From a virus, in the UHGV virus genome UHGV-0076294: a DNA stretch of 64,000 nucleotides. One strand, written 5' to 3'. Both the position numbers and the translations under genes were made by a program. The stretch's first letter is position 1, and every line of letters begins with the position of its first letter. The notes under the pieces are model-generated. The model worked only from the letters and a program-made list of their open reading frames with translations, had not been told where the DNA came from and searched no databases. Below, piece by piece: positions 50,730 through 59,790 of this stretch.

Positions 50730-51467
50730 ATGTTGAAAGTTTATGTCCCTCAATTACAACGTATTAATCCCTCGTTGTTCGAGGGATTCTTTTATAAAAT
50801 TTGGCCACAATACTTCAATGAACACCTGAAAGACTCAAAATGGTCATCTGTCCAAGGAGAATTCTTTTACACCGCACAATCAGCCTGTACAAATGTCTTT
50901 ACCCACCTCATCTCTGAGGTTATTGACGCTGTCAACACCAACCGAAACTTTGACCTTCGTGACGTCATAATAGATCTCTCAGCGATCTTCGATAACTACG
51001 ATTGCGATGACGCAGTATTCGAACATTTCTCCTCTGAAGATGTGTGGGAGGCCGTTTATCAATGGCTAGAATACTACGTGAATTTTCTACTTTCCTCGAA
51101 CATGTTAGAAAATTACAATAAAGCACTCTTTCCCATTTATAACGACTTAATGAACGTTAAACTGACAAAGAATCTCGTTGGTTTTTGGTATTCGACCTAC
51201 GACGCTGAAAGCAGGTTGTGGGAAAAAGAAATGATCGCTTACGGCATCGAGCGCGGCGATTATGATGAATTATATCGATGTTATTGGCCATTCAATCATT
51301 ACGAAAAAGGGTGTCAAGGCGATCCGTATTTGTGGTCTTTTTATTTCTGTAATCAGACTGGTGTTATTTATCTTGAAGACACCGGTGTACGAATCCCTAA
51401 CGGTACTGATGTAACATACTGCCAATTACGTAAAGACCGGGCTGACGCCATTTATCAGGATTATTAA
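50730..51467 (+). CDS. Hypothetical protein
   Basis: 245-aa ORF. Confidence 0.7.
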   Translation: MLKVYVPQLQRINPSLFEGFFYKIWPQYFNEHLKDSKWSSVQGEFFYTAQSACTNVFTHLISEVIDAVNTNRNFDLRDVIIDLSAIFDNYDCDDAVFEHFSSEDVWEAVYQWLEYYVNFLLSSNMLENYNKALFPIYNDLMNVKLTKNLVGFWYSTYDAESRLWEKEMIAYGIERGDYDELYRCYWPFNHYEKGCQGDPYLWSFYFCNQTGVIYLEDTGVRIPNGTDVTYCQLRKDRADAIYQDY

Positions 51468-51468
51468 C

Positions 51469-52011
51469 ATGAAATTACTTATCGATTTTTCTCTGAGTTC
51501 GTCACGCGACAGGCTAAATAAAATACTTACTGAAATGCGAAGTAAAGTGACGTTAGAATTGCACGATGCGATAGCGGTATACGAGAGAAAGCTAACGAAA
51601 GAGAACAACGGGGAGACCGTGGTGATCTTAGACGCTAAAGCGATGGTGGATTTTCTGGTAGACGTTTTAGAAAGACGGATACACGCAGTGATAGAACGAC
51701 CCTACCTGGTTCGTGTGACCGACCCAGACACTACGGTAGATTCGATACTGGAAAAAGCATTCGTTGACGCAGCACACTATTTACAAAATCATTCCCCAGA
51801 CGATTTCGAAACGATTTACGTTGGTGTTATACAGCAACAGAATGCTGAAACCAACATAGTCGATACTGTGTGCTGGAGCGATATTCTTACTAATGAAACC
51901 ATGTCTCGCATTCGAGATATCTTTATTGAAAATTTGGCATTAGTAAAAAGGGTGTGTAGTTCCGAGATTATTTATTTATCATCGAAATACGAAAAACCTA
52001 AAGGGGTATAA
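51469..52011 (+). CDS. Hypothetical protein
   Basis: 180-aa ORF, tightly packed operon. Confidence 0.7.
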   Translation: MKLLIDFSLSSSRDRLNKILTEMRSKVTLELHDAIAVYERKLTKENNGETVVILDAKAMVDFLVDVLERRIHAVIERPYLVRVTDPDTTVDSILEKAFVDAAHYLQNHSPDDFETIYVGVIQQQNAETNIVDTVCWSDILTNETMSRIRDIFIENLALVKRVCSSEIIYLSSKYEKPKGV

Positions 52012-52013
52012 CC

Positions 52014-52538
52014 ATGGATATTTTAATTCAGCTTCGTAAGAAAACAACCATTGCCACGCCGATAGCGTTAGAGGAGAAAATCTCTGGCGCGGTTGCACGC
52101 AAGCTCTGTGGTGCTCACGGCTTTAGCAGTCATCAGGAACAGGTCGTTACTGCCGCCACATTACACAACTTACGGCACACAGTACATTACTGTTTAGCTG
52201 ACAACGTCACCATCACTCTTGATGATGGCGCAGCAGCCGACCAACTGCGTCGTGAAATTGACCACAAGATCGGCGTTTATAAAAGACGTTTTGATCGTGC
52301 CTGTGCACGTTTAACCGATGACAAGGAATTATGGAAACGTTTGAAACTTGAAATTGAGTATGCGGCGCAGCGTTACGGGATTGGCGGTACCGAACCGTTG
52401 CTGTCCGAACAAGAAATCATGTTAGCAATCGAAGTTTACATCACCGTTTGTATCGCCATCCTGAAAGAAACCGACTACGAAATTACAAAAGCGTTGTTAA
52501 ACACCGCAGACAGACTCACCCCAATTTTAGGACAGTAA
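52014..52538 (+). CDS. Hypothetical protein
   Basis: 174-aa ORF, AAGGGG RBS. Confidence 0.7.
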   Translation: MDILIQLRKKTTIATPIALEEKISGAVARKLCGAHGFSSHQEQVVTAATLHNLRHTVHYCLADNVTITLDDGAAADQLRREIDHKIGVYKRRFDRACARLTDDKELWKRLKLEIEYAAQRYGIGGTEPLLSEQEIMLAIEVYITVCIAILKETDYEITKALLNTADRLTPILGQ

Positions 52539-52539
52539 A

Positions 52540-53025
52540 ATGAACTTAAATGCAATTATCAATCTCTCTAATAGCGACATTGTCCACGAGTTTCTGAACC
52601 ACTGCGATCGCACAGAACAGTCTATCCGTAACATGTTAGCTCCGAAAACAGTGGATGCCATTTGGATAGCTTCACAGGCAGCGGGCGTTATCGTTGCAAG
52701 ATATCGCGCGACATTACTAATGAGTCTGGACATTTTCTTCGATCGACCAGGGCCTATTACATGGACTTCTATCGGACGTCGGCTTTATGACATACGTATC
52801 GAAACCCTACGCTCGATAATTAATGGCTGGCACAACGGGTATATGCCTGACGTAATAGTACCCTACACTGTTCCCGAATGGCGACGCTTTTATAGTCAGA
52901 TTTGGAGTAATGAAAGCGTTTATCATGAAATAGTGGCTCTTATCAGTGCTGACCAAAGCCAACTTGCATACCAGCTATGGGAGTGGCTAAAAGCTAATTA
53001 TCCTGATTACGTCAAAATCGACTAA
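52540..53025 (+). CDS. Hypothetical protein
   Basis: 161-aa ORF. Confidence 0.7.
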   Translation: MNLNAIINLSNSDIVHEFLNHCDRTEQSIRNMLAPKTVDAIWIASQAAGVIVARYRATLLMSLDIFFDRPGPITWTSIGRRLYDIRIETLRSIINGWHNGYMPDVIVPYTVPEWRRFYSQIWSNESVYHEIVALISADQSQLAYQLWEWLKANYPDYVKID

Positions 53026-53029
53026 TAGA

Positions 53030-53062
53030 CACCCTAGCTTCGGCTAGGGTTACTTTATTTTT
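53030..53062 (+). terminator. Rho-independent terminator
   Basis: ACCCTAGC-TTCG-GCTAGGGT plus T-rich tail. Confidence 0.8.
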
Positions 53063-53084
53063 AACCATTTTAGGAGAATATACC

Positions 53085-54017
53085 ATGTATTTGTACAAAA
53101 GTAAAAAAGTAAAAGGTATTAAAGACTGCCTTAGACAAATGGGGAGTCAGCATCTAGAAAATGTCATGGAAGAAAATCAAACAAAAGAAAATCCTGTCTC
53201 GAAATGGATAAAAAAGAATCGTAATCATCTAACCAATAGCTTTATACCGTATAATGAAGATTTAGGTCTCAAAGATCCACGTTCCCTTCACGCTCAAACA
53301 TTGGCAATTGGATGGCTATACGGCGGGGCTTCCTTAATATCCGATCGAGCACTTAGAGAACTTGTTTTTGAGACTGAGATGCCCAGTAAATTCCCTGAAG
53401 AATGGTTGGACTTTATACCTACTTGGACTGTGGCAATCGATGTAGGTAAAGAGGATGAGACTTTCTTTCTCGGTTATCGAAAAAATGGGAAGAGAAGGTT
53501 TATTATAATTGCTACAAATACTGATTACGGGTTAACAGAAGGCGTTACCACGATTGCCACTTGTTCGTTAGAGCTTCGTAGTGCAGGAAACGGACTTGTG
53601 GAAATCGACTATGCCGACGGTGTGGAGAACGAACAAGAAAAGATGCTATGGTTATCTCTGGCCAAAGCCGCCACATCGATGATATTTCTGTGTACGCTAA
53701 TCCCACCTAATCTCAAAACGTCTTACAATGACGTTAAGTTCAAAGAAATCAAAAAGAACGGCAGTATTAGCTACGAAGTCAAACCTCGTGAACGTGATGT
53801 TAAAGTGGATATCACACCAGGACAAGTAAAATATCTAAAAGGATTTAACACCGACTTGAAAGCCATGCAGGGTATCAAACACGCTAAAGCTGCGCACATT
53901 CGTCGTGCCCACTGGCGTAGATACTGGGTTGGTCCAAGAAACGGTGAAAGAAAAAGAAAACTTTGCTGGATTCCACCGACATTTGTTCGCGGCTACGTAC
54001 CCCACACGCAAGACTAG
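53085..54017 (+). CDS. Hypothetical protein, AHIRRAHW-motif paralog 1
   Basis: C-terminus AAHIRRAHWRRYWVGPRNGERKRKLCWIPPTFVRGY shared with the next gene. AGGAG RBS. Confidence 0.75.
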   Translation: MYLYKSKKVKGIKDCLRQMGSQHLENVMEENQTKENPVSKWIKKNRNHLTNSFIPYNEDLGLKDPRSLHAQTLAIGWLYGGASLISDRALRELVFETEMPSKFPEEWLDFIPTWTVAIDVGKEDETFFLGYRKNGKRRFIIIATNTDYGLTEGVTTIATCSLELRSAGNGLVEIDYADGVENEQEKMLWLSLAKAATSMIFLCTLIPPNLKTSYNDVKFKEIKKNGSISYEVKPRERDVKVDITPGQVKYLKGFNTDLKAMQGIKHAKAAHIRRAHWRRYWVGPRNGERKRKLCWIPPTFVRGYVPHTQD

Positions 54018-54027
54018 GAGAATTATA

Positions 54028-54912
54028 ATGTTAAGACGCAGAATTTATGGAGACACGCTTCGACGTATTAGTGAAGCTATAGAGACTGCACACAAAGACT
54101 TGTTTGGTCTGAAGGAAGATCGTTTTCTAACGTTTGTCAGGGAACACAAGAGGCAACTTCCTGTAACCTTTCTGCCCGTTAACGACCCAACGTACCGTGT
54201 GTTCGGCACCACCAAACAGGTGCCGTATTCTATTCGCCAATCGTTAGGTTTGGGCTGGCAATACGCAGGTATTGAAATTATCTCTGATAAAGAGTTGATG
54301 GGACTACTTGCAGACACAGAACGTTTAACGGATATTCCGTACGCGTGGATTGAAGCAATTCCTTCATTCACCTTTTCCGTGACTGTAAAGATTAACGAAC
54401 TACCCGCTACGCTCTTTATCGGTCGTCGTAAATTCGAAGGTGAGGAAGTATTGTTCGTTTTACGATGGGTGGAGATAAATCAGCGGCACTGTTGGTCAAC
54501 CAAGATTTATCGGTTCAACAGAAAGGCAGATGACTTTGTTAGTTTAGAGCCTTACTTTGCTAACGAGTCAAAGGACGAGGAACTTCTGGATGAGGTACAT
54601 ATCGGTTTATATCTTTCCTCGCGGGTGAAGAAATCGGAACGCGAGAGACGGGAATACCGTGGTAGAACGACACGTTACGTACCTGATACAGAAATCCTCC
54701 CACGCAGAGAACCTGTCGTCGTTGACGTAAGTCCAGTACAACGCGAAGACTTAGAAAAACAACGCAGGGAAGGCAGGAGAATCTGTTTAACGCCTCATCG
54801 CGCAGCACACATACGCAGGGCTCATTGGAAACGGGTCTGGTGTGGGCCAATGACAGGACCACGCTGGCAGGAGTGGCGATGGATTGCACCCACCTTTATA
54901 TCTGGTTTTTAA
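54028..54912 (+). CDS. Hypothetical protein, AHIRRAHW-motif paralog 2
   Basis: Start at ATG 54028 (AGGAG RBS). C-terminus AAHIRRAHWKRVWCGPMTGPRWQEWRWIAPTFISGF. Internal GLGWQYAG vs AIGWLYGG. Confidence 0.75.
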   Translation: MLRRRIYGDTLRRISEAIETAHKDLFGLKEDRFLTFVREHKRQLPVTFLPVNDPTYRVFGTTKQVPYSIRQSLGLGWQYAGIEIISDKELMGLLADTERLTDIPYAWIEAIPSFTFSVTVKINELPATLFIGRRKFEGEEVLFVLRWVEINQRHCWSTKIYRFNRKADDFVSLEPYFANESKDEELLDEVHIGLYLSSRVKKSERERREYRGRTTRYVPDTEILPRREPVVVDVSPVQREDLEKQRREGRRICLTPHRAAHIRRAHWKRVWCGPMTGPRWQEWRWIAPTFISGF

Positions 54913-54927
54913 TGTGAAAATAAAGAT

Positions 54928-54977
54928 TACCCCTAGACCACAAGGTCTAGGGGTAGCTTTTACTTTTTATTTTTTGT
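54928..54977. terminator. Bidirectional terminator
   Basis: TACCCCTAGACC-ACAA-GGTCTAGGGGTA 12-bp stem plus T-rich tail, between convergent genes. Confidence 0.8.
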
Positions 54978-55722
54978 TTGCCTTCAGCGCTTTCAGGCGT
55001 TCAGCCGTCACGTTCAGACATTCAATCAATTCGTTCACCTGTTTCATGAACAAACCAAACAGTTCAACCCAATCGGATGCAAAGTCTAACATCGCTGTCA
55101 GTTCTTTTGCCACGTTAGGATGAATGTTTTGTTCAGACAGAATCGTTGCAGAGGCTTTAATAGACTCGATGGATTTGTCGATGTTCGTACGAAGTTTCTT
55201 CGTGATTTCAACGTTCAGTGCTTTTGCACGGTTAAACGCAATATCGATCTCCGTAGCACTGTGGTACGTTTTCTCAATCGGACGCTGGTCAATAACGTTG
55301 TTGATGTAAGACTTAGCCAACTGGTTAACCAGGTCTTTCGGATTCACGTTACGTAACGGAATGTTAACGTTTTTATAACGGAAACCGATAGGTAATGACA
55401 GTACGCCCACATCATGTGTAAGGGCGGAAAGTTGCAACTCAACAGGTAAAAGGACACCGTCGTAGATCTTCTGTAATGAACTCCATACCGATTCTAAGCG
55501 GTTAATGTGATCCATTACGTAGGTATTGAAGCCTGGCGGTACAATAACCAACATGCCTGCAAAGTGTAAGAATTTTTCCTGTTGCATCCACTTGGAAACG
55601 TCTGACATGTCGTCGTAAGTGGTTAATGCAATCTCTTGTTGAGGGCCACTGAACCCTTTGGGTAAGATTGCAGACGCTTTAGCGGCAAAGCTAGTTAACG
55701 CTGCAAGTGGATTTACGTTCAT
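54967..55722 (-). CDS. Hypothetical protein
   Basis: 251-aa ORF, GAGG RBS. Lone minus-strand gene. Confidence 0.7.
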   Translation of the reverse strand: MNVNPLAALTSFAAKASAILPKGFSGPQQEIALTTYDDMSDVSKWMQQEKFLHFAGMLVIVPPGFNTYVMDHINRLESVWSSLQKIYDGVLLPVELQLSALTHDVGVLSLPIGFRYKNVNIPLRNVNPKDLVNQLAKSYINNVIDQRPIEKTYHSATEIDIAFNRAKALNVEITKKLRTNIDKSIESIKASATILSEQNIHPNVAKELTAMLDFASDWVELFGLFMKQVNELIECLNVTAERLKALKANKK

Positions 55723-55792
55723 TTAAAACCTCGGATTATAAGTCAGGGTTACATAGTAAAGTCTTTTTACAGTTCATCCTGAACTTATGACC

Positions 55793-55815
55793 GAGATTAT
55801 CTCATAAAGGTAAAG
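55793..55815 (+). promoter_or_regulatory. Weak member of the promoter-like motif family (GAGATTATCTCATAAAGGTAAAG)
   Basis: Partial match only. Confidence 0.15.
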
Positions 55816-55819
55816 CTCG

Positions 55820-56119
55820 ATGAAAATCAAATTACTGACTCGAAACACCACGCCTCGTCTGGAACCGGAAATCTATCTTACCCCGGTGAAAAAAGACAAA
55901 GAAGGTAAGCCTATTCAAGTAGGTAAGATTCTTAGCGTGACCTCTTTACCTAACGGTAAGCGCGTGATGGAATTAGAAATCGACGAGCGCAACAAACGTC
56001 GTTTCGAGTCTATTGAGAACCCCTATCCTGAAAAATCGGAAGAAGTCACCGAGTGGGTAGAGACCTACTTTGAATTCTGGCACAAACGCCGTCTTCTTCT
56101 TCCGACCAAGAATCGTTAA
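55820..56119 (+). CDS. Hypothetical protein
   Basis: 99-aa basic ORF upstream of the recombinase-like gene. Confidence 0.6.
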   Translation: MKIKLLTRNTTPRLEPEIYLTPVKKDKEGKPIQVGKILSVTSLPNGKRVMELEIDERNKRRFESIENPYPEKSEEVTEWVETYFEFWHKRRLLLPTKNR

Positions 56120-56134
56120 TTATTGGAGCGCTAA

Positions 56135-57631
56135 ATGGCAGGCCCAACTAAGCAAGTTATCGGTGAAGTAATTCGTCCTCGTTTTAACGTTTATACCATC
56201 ATGGACCACGCCTTAGGCAACTACGAAAGAGGCGAAGATGGTTTATACTACCTTAACGGTGGTTTTGCCCACATCATGGGTTTCGCGGGTCGTGGTAACA
56301 CCTTCAAATCCACACTGTTGGATTTCTGTATCTTCCAAATCCTACAACGCTATAAAGCAGAGTGGGGTTCGAAATACGATACCGAAGTGTCTGCTGCCCT
56401 CGATCGCTTAGAGACCGGTTATATTTCTGCCATGCACGCCAACGGTATTGACGATGGAACTTCGGTACTGGAACTTATTCACGAAGGTCGTTATAACCTC
56501 GTTGGTTCTGACGTGATGCCAGGGGAACAATATTACAGTGACTATATTCGTGATGAAGTGGAAAAACGCTTCAAGCAGTATATGTCTGGTAAAACGCGTG
56601 TAACGCCGTTCCTCGACCCGGTTCGTCGTAAGCAAAAAGAAATCCTTGACCCGTGGCTGTATTCTATCGACTCCCTGTCGGAGTGGCACTCGTCTTCTCT
56701 GGAAGACAAGCACGCTAAAACGGATATCGGTGATTCCGATCAGAACATCCTCAACGCCCACGACGCCTTACAGAAATCGAACATGATGAGCCGTTGGCCG
56801 TCTGCGTTTGCCCGTGGTGGTTTCTACATGGGCTTTGTTGCACAGATGGCCGATGACTCCGGTAAGGCGATGGCAGGCGGTCGTCAAGGACAGAAAGCAA
56901 ATGCGAAACTGCTGGACGATGCGAACGACGATCTCAAATTCGCAGGGATTCCTCGTCGTCAGTTAAGCTTCCTGACTAACTCGTTTATTGTTGCGACAAA
57001 ATCAGGCGAGCTGAAAAAAGACCAGAGTTATAACGCCCAGACCGGTGTTAACGAAGAACTTTACCCAACCGCACGTTCAAAAGCCATGAACGCGTCGGTT
57101 AACGACCTGAAAGTTATCACCTTTACGCAGTACCGTGCTAAAGGCGGTCACACAGGCGTGAAGTTCCAGATGATCTTCTCGCAAGAGATGGGTCTACTGT
57201 ATCACCTGAGCCTGTGGCACTACCTGAGTGATACCCTGAAAAAATCCGAATTTGGATTTACATCCAGCGGTAGCGGTGGTTCCATTAAAGAACTCCAGAT
57301 TCTGCCTGGTGTTAAATTCCAGCGTACGACGATTCGCGACATGATCGACGATAACCCGAAACTGCGTCGGGCATTAGAAATCACGGCCGCGATTGCGTAC
57401 ATGCAGAACAACTACCATCGTTTAGAGGTTAAATACCACCTCACGATGGAAGAAATCTACAAACTCATTGATGAAAAATGGGATTGGAATGAGATTCTGG
57501 AGAACACCGTAGAATACTGGATGTTTAAAGACCAAGAAACGAAAGGTGGTAAACGTACGTTAACTGCCCGTACGATTCTGGGTATGGCCGTGGACGGCCT
57601 GGAACCGAAGTTCCTCACCAAAAAGAAATAA
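56135..57631 (+). CDS. RecA-superfamily recombinase, UvsX-like
   Basis: GFAGRGNTFKSTLLD vs T4 UvsX ILAGPSKSFKSNFGL. YDTE vs YDSE. LYSIDSLSE vs VFIDSLGN. Later KFQMIFSQEMGLLYHLSL vs KFFIDVKFDGGIDPYSGLL (from memory). Confidence 0.55.
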   Translation: MAGPTKQVIGEVIRPRFNVYTIMDHALGNYERGEDGLYYLNGGFAHIMGFAGRGNTFKSTLLDFCIFQILQRYKAEWGSKYDTEVSAALDRLETGYISAMHANGIDDGTSVLELIHEGRYNLVGSDVMPGEQYYSDYIRDEVEKRFKQYMSGKTRVTPFLDPVRRKQKEILDPWLYSIDSLSEWHSSSLEDKHAKTDIGDSDQNILNAHDALQKSNMMSRWPSAFARGGFYMGFVAQMADDSGKAMAGGRQGQKANAKLLDDANDDLKFAGIPRRQLSFLTNSFIVATKSGELKKDQSYNAQTGVNEELYPTARSKAMNASVNDLKVITFTQYRAKGGHTGVKFQMIFSQEMGLLYHLSLWHYLSDTLKKSEFGFTSSGSGGSIKELQILPGVKFQRTTIRDMIDDNPKLRRALEITAAIAYMQNNYHRLEVKYHLTMEEIYKLIDEKWDWNEILENTVEYWMFKDQETKGGKRTLTARTILGMAVDGLEPKFLTKKK

Positions 57632-57637
57632 AGTCGT

Positions 57638-57662
57638 TAGGGTAGGGTAATCCCCTACCCTA
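57638..57662 (+). other. Intercistronic hairpin
   Basis: TAGGGTAGGG ... CCCTACCCTA stem directly before the next RBS, no T-run. Confidence 0.5.
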
Positions 57663-57676
57663 GCTAAGGAGTCGTT

Positions 57677-57976
57677 ATGCGTTATCAAACGGAGATTGTG
57701 GAGCGCTTAAGCGAAGGTTTAGCCAGCGTCAGTCTGGAAACAGCAGCGGCATTTCGTGAGACTTTCGCTACTTTCTTTCCCGATCGTGAATCTTTTTGTT
57801 TAAAGGTCGGTGAATATTATTCCAAGTTACTCGAACACTACGGTTACCCGCCGGTGAAATTCGACGTACCTGAAAACACCGACGACATCAGTTATTGGAT
57901 TGAAACCCTCGAAGCAGGGACACTTTCCAACTTGCGTAAGGCGGTAGAAAATGAGACTCGATCCAGCGCGGCGTAA
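57677..57976 (+). CDS. Hypothetical protein
   Basis: 99-aa ORF, AAGGAG RBS. Confidence 0.65.
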   Translation: MRYQTEIVERLSEGLASVSLETAAAFRETFATFFPDRESFCLKVGEYYSKLLEHYGYPPVKFDVPENTDDISYWIETLEAGTLSNLRKAVENETRSSAA

Positions 57977-58619
57977 AAAAGCAGAAGCTTACGCCTTACA
58001 AATCTTAAACCTGGTTGACCCCTCTGGGATTAATGCAGAGGCAGCAAAGAAAGCTTTTGCTCGAATGACAGACGAACAGTTTAATCGTCTTCGTGAAGGG
58101 CTACCGATTTACAACCCGGTTGGCAGCAAAGTTAAAATAGACCACATGCGAAACGTTGAGCTATGTCGTGTTTTAGGTTTGAACCTGGAACAGCGGTTGT
58201 GGTTAACTGAGCCGAAAACGGGTGTTTTCCATCGTACCCGCTACCCACATCTGGTATTGCGCTTGCCTGCGCGTCGTCAAACGCAGATGCAAGAAAAGAA
58301 AATGGCAGTAGCGAAGAACGACAAAGTTCGTGATAAACTCTCCGGTCAAGTTGTTGGTCCTTCTAAAGCATCTGGTGTATCTTTCCCAGAAGCGTACATC
58401 ATGTACTCCGATGGTCACGACTGGACACTGAAAGAGTTTCTGTGGGCGCGTGGGGGTAACGAAGCTTTACAACGTGCGTTCTATCAATCGTTACGTCAAA
58501 CCGGTAAGGGACGTATTGACCTGCCGGGAGCAGAACGTACCAGTTCGAAAGCAACACGTACCTGGTCTGCGTATCTGAAAGCGATGCACATTGGTAACAA
58601 CATAGGCCATCCGTCATGA
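57951..58619 (+). CDS. Protein resembling the C-terminal ~190 residues of bacterial RNA polymerase beta (candidate split-RNAP fragment or mimic)
   Basis: Colinear anchors with the E. coli RpoB C-terminus recalled from memory (see finding). No catalytic GNKG-type motif. Confidence 0.4.
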   Translation: MRLDPARRKKAEAYALQILNLVDPSGINAEAAKKAFARMTDEQFNRLREGLPIYNPVGSKVKIDHMRNVELCRVLGLNLEQRLWLTEPKTGVFHRTRYPHLVLRLPARRQTQMQEKKMAVAKNDKVRDKLSGQVVGPSKASGVSFPEAYIMYSDGHDWTLKEFLWARGGNEALQRAFYQSLRQTGKGRIDLPGAERTSSKATRTWSAYLKAMHIGNNIGHPS

Positions 58620-59338
58620 GATTTTCTCGACGTTTTTTGATTGATATCGATGCGTTGTTTGACACCCGAATCGGTTGGGTCAAAGCCATCAAACCTGAAA
58701 GATTGGAAATTATGGATTACGACGTTTATCGTCGTCGTTTTACGGAGGAATGGGCGACTGTCTTGGGGTTTGAGAATTGGAAAGAGGAATATCAGAAACG
58801 TGATAAACGCGCGTTAATGAATGCGGAACCCACCGAACTGTTGTTGACGATGAAGAACGAGTTCGAATGTATGTTACTCGAAATCGAGATGCATTCGCCT
58901 ATCGAAAAACCGACGCTGACAATTAACACCTGGCCGTATACTGATCTTACTGACCAAGAAATGCAAACGTTCTTGCAGATGTTCCGTATCTATTACGATA
59001 TGGTGCAGGTTGAGTTAGTGTCGTGGCCGCATTCGGAACTTACGCCGGGTCGTTTAGCGACAGCTTGGGATTGTTGGATAATGTACGATTGGTTCGCTTG
59101 GATTGAACTCAATGCGAAACATCTGAAAAAGCCTATCCCTAGCTTTACCATTACGCACCCTGCCCTGCTAACGCCGGAACTTACAAAAGAGACGGTAGAG
59201 CAGCTTAAACGCGATGGTGTGAATCCGTTCAAGGAACACATCCGGTTTATGGCAGAGTGGGTCGGTGTCGACCCACGTGATTCTGCGCTATTTAGTCTGG
59301 CTCGTCCGAAGAAGGACGCGCAAACGCCGCAGTCATAA
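58616..59338 (+). CDS. Hypothetical protein
   Basis: 240-aa ORF, ATGA overlap with the upstream gene. Confidence 0.65.
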   Translation: MRFSRRFLIDIDALFDTRIGWVKAIKPERLEIMDYDVYRRRFTEEWATVLGFENWKEEYQKRDKRALMNAEPTELLLTMKNEFECMLLEIEMHSPIEKPTLTINTWPYTDLTDQEMQTFLQMFRIYYDMVQVELVSWPHSELTPGRLATAWDCWIMYDWFAWIELNAKHLKKPIPSFTITHPALLTPELTKETVEQLKRDGVNPFKEHIRFMAEWVGVDPRDSALFSLARPKKDAQTPQS

Positions 59339-59756
59339 TGGACTTCACGTCAATTTGTTCGCCAACCGGAGCCAACTCCCCTTCCGAGATTTCTACGTTA
59401 GGAATGTCTGGAAGGGTGGGTTGGTAACCATTATTTTCATCAAGTTCTTCATCGTGACGTTTTATTTTCACGTTACCGCGTTGCATCAGAATTGTATTCA
59501 GTGCGTTAGCCAAGTCTTGGTTCGCTTCACTGTTTTTCTGGGCAGCGGCAACACGACGTTTAGAAATGATCTGCTTATCTAGGTCGTTTAATAACGTCCC
59601 GATACGATCCACAGTCTTTAAGTCTTTGTGAGCATTAGGATCGTCTAAGATTAGATTGACGATTCTGACACGGGCTTGTTGCGTTTGGCGGAGAAGCGAT
59701 TCTTCGTCGTCTACTTCACCATCTAACGCCTGGTATTTCACTTCTTCTTCAGCCAT
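59292..59756 (-). CDS. Acidic hypothetical protein
   Basis: GAGGTGG RBS. 154 aa. Its 3' end overlaps the convergent gene by 47 nt. Confidence 0.6.
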   Translation of the reverse strand: MAEEEVKYQALDGEVDDEESLLRQTQQARVRIVNLILDDPNAHKDLKTVDRIGTLLNDLDKQIISKRRVAAAQKNSEANQDLANALNTILMQRGNVKIKRHDEELDENNGYQPTLPDIPNVEISEGELAPVGEQIDVKSIMTAAFARPSSDEPD

Positions 59757-59790
59757 TTAAAACCACCTCATTTTCAAAAAGAAGTCAGAC

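Noticed and set aside
53905-54027. 5' extension of the second AHIRRAHW paralog overlapping the first
   Set aside because: ATG 54028 has an AGGAG RBS right after the upstream stop. The extension is an alternative frame of the upstream gene.
56135-57631. Whether the 498-aa protein next to the RpoB-like ORF is itself an RNAP beta fragment
   Set aside because: It has no NFED or GNKG-type beta motifs. The Walker A/B and downstream pattern fit UvsX/RecA better.
59265-59582. 105-aa plus-strand ORF
   Set aside because: It is antisense to the better-supported acidic-protein gene (strong RBS). The product looks like hydrophobic/basic junk.
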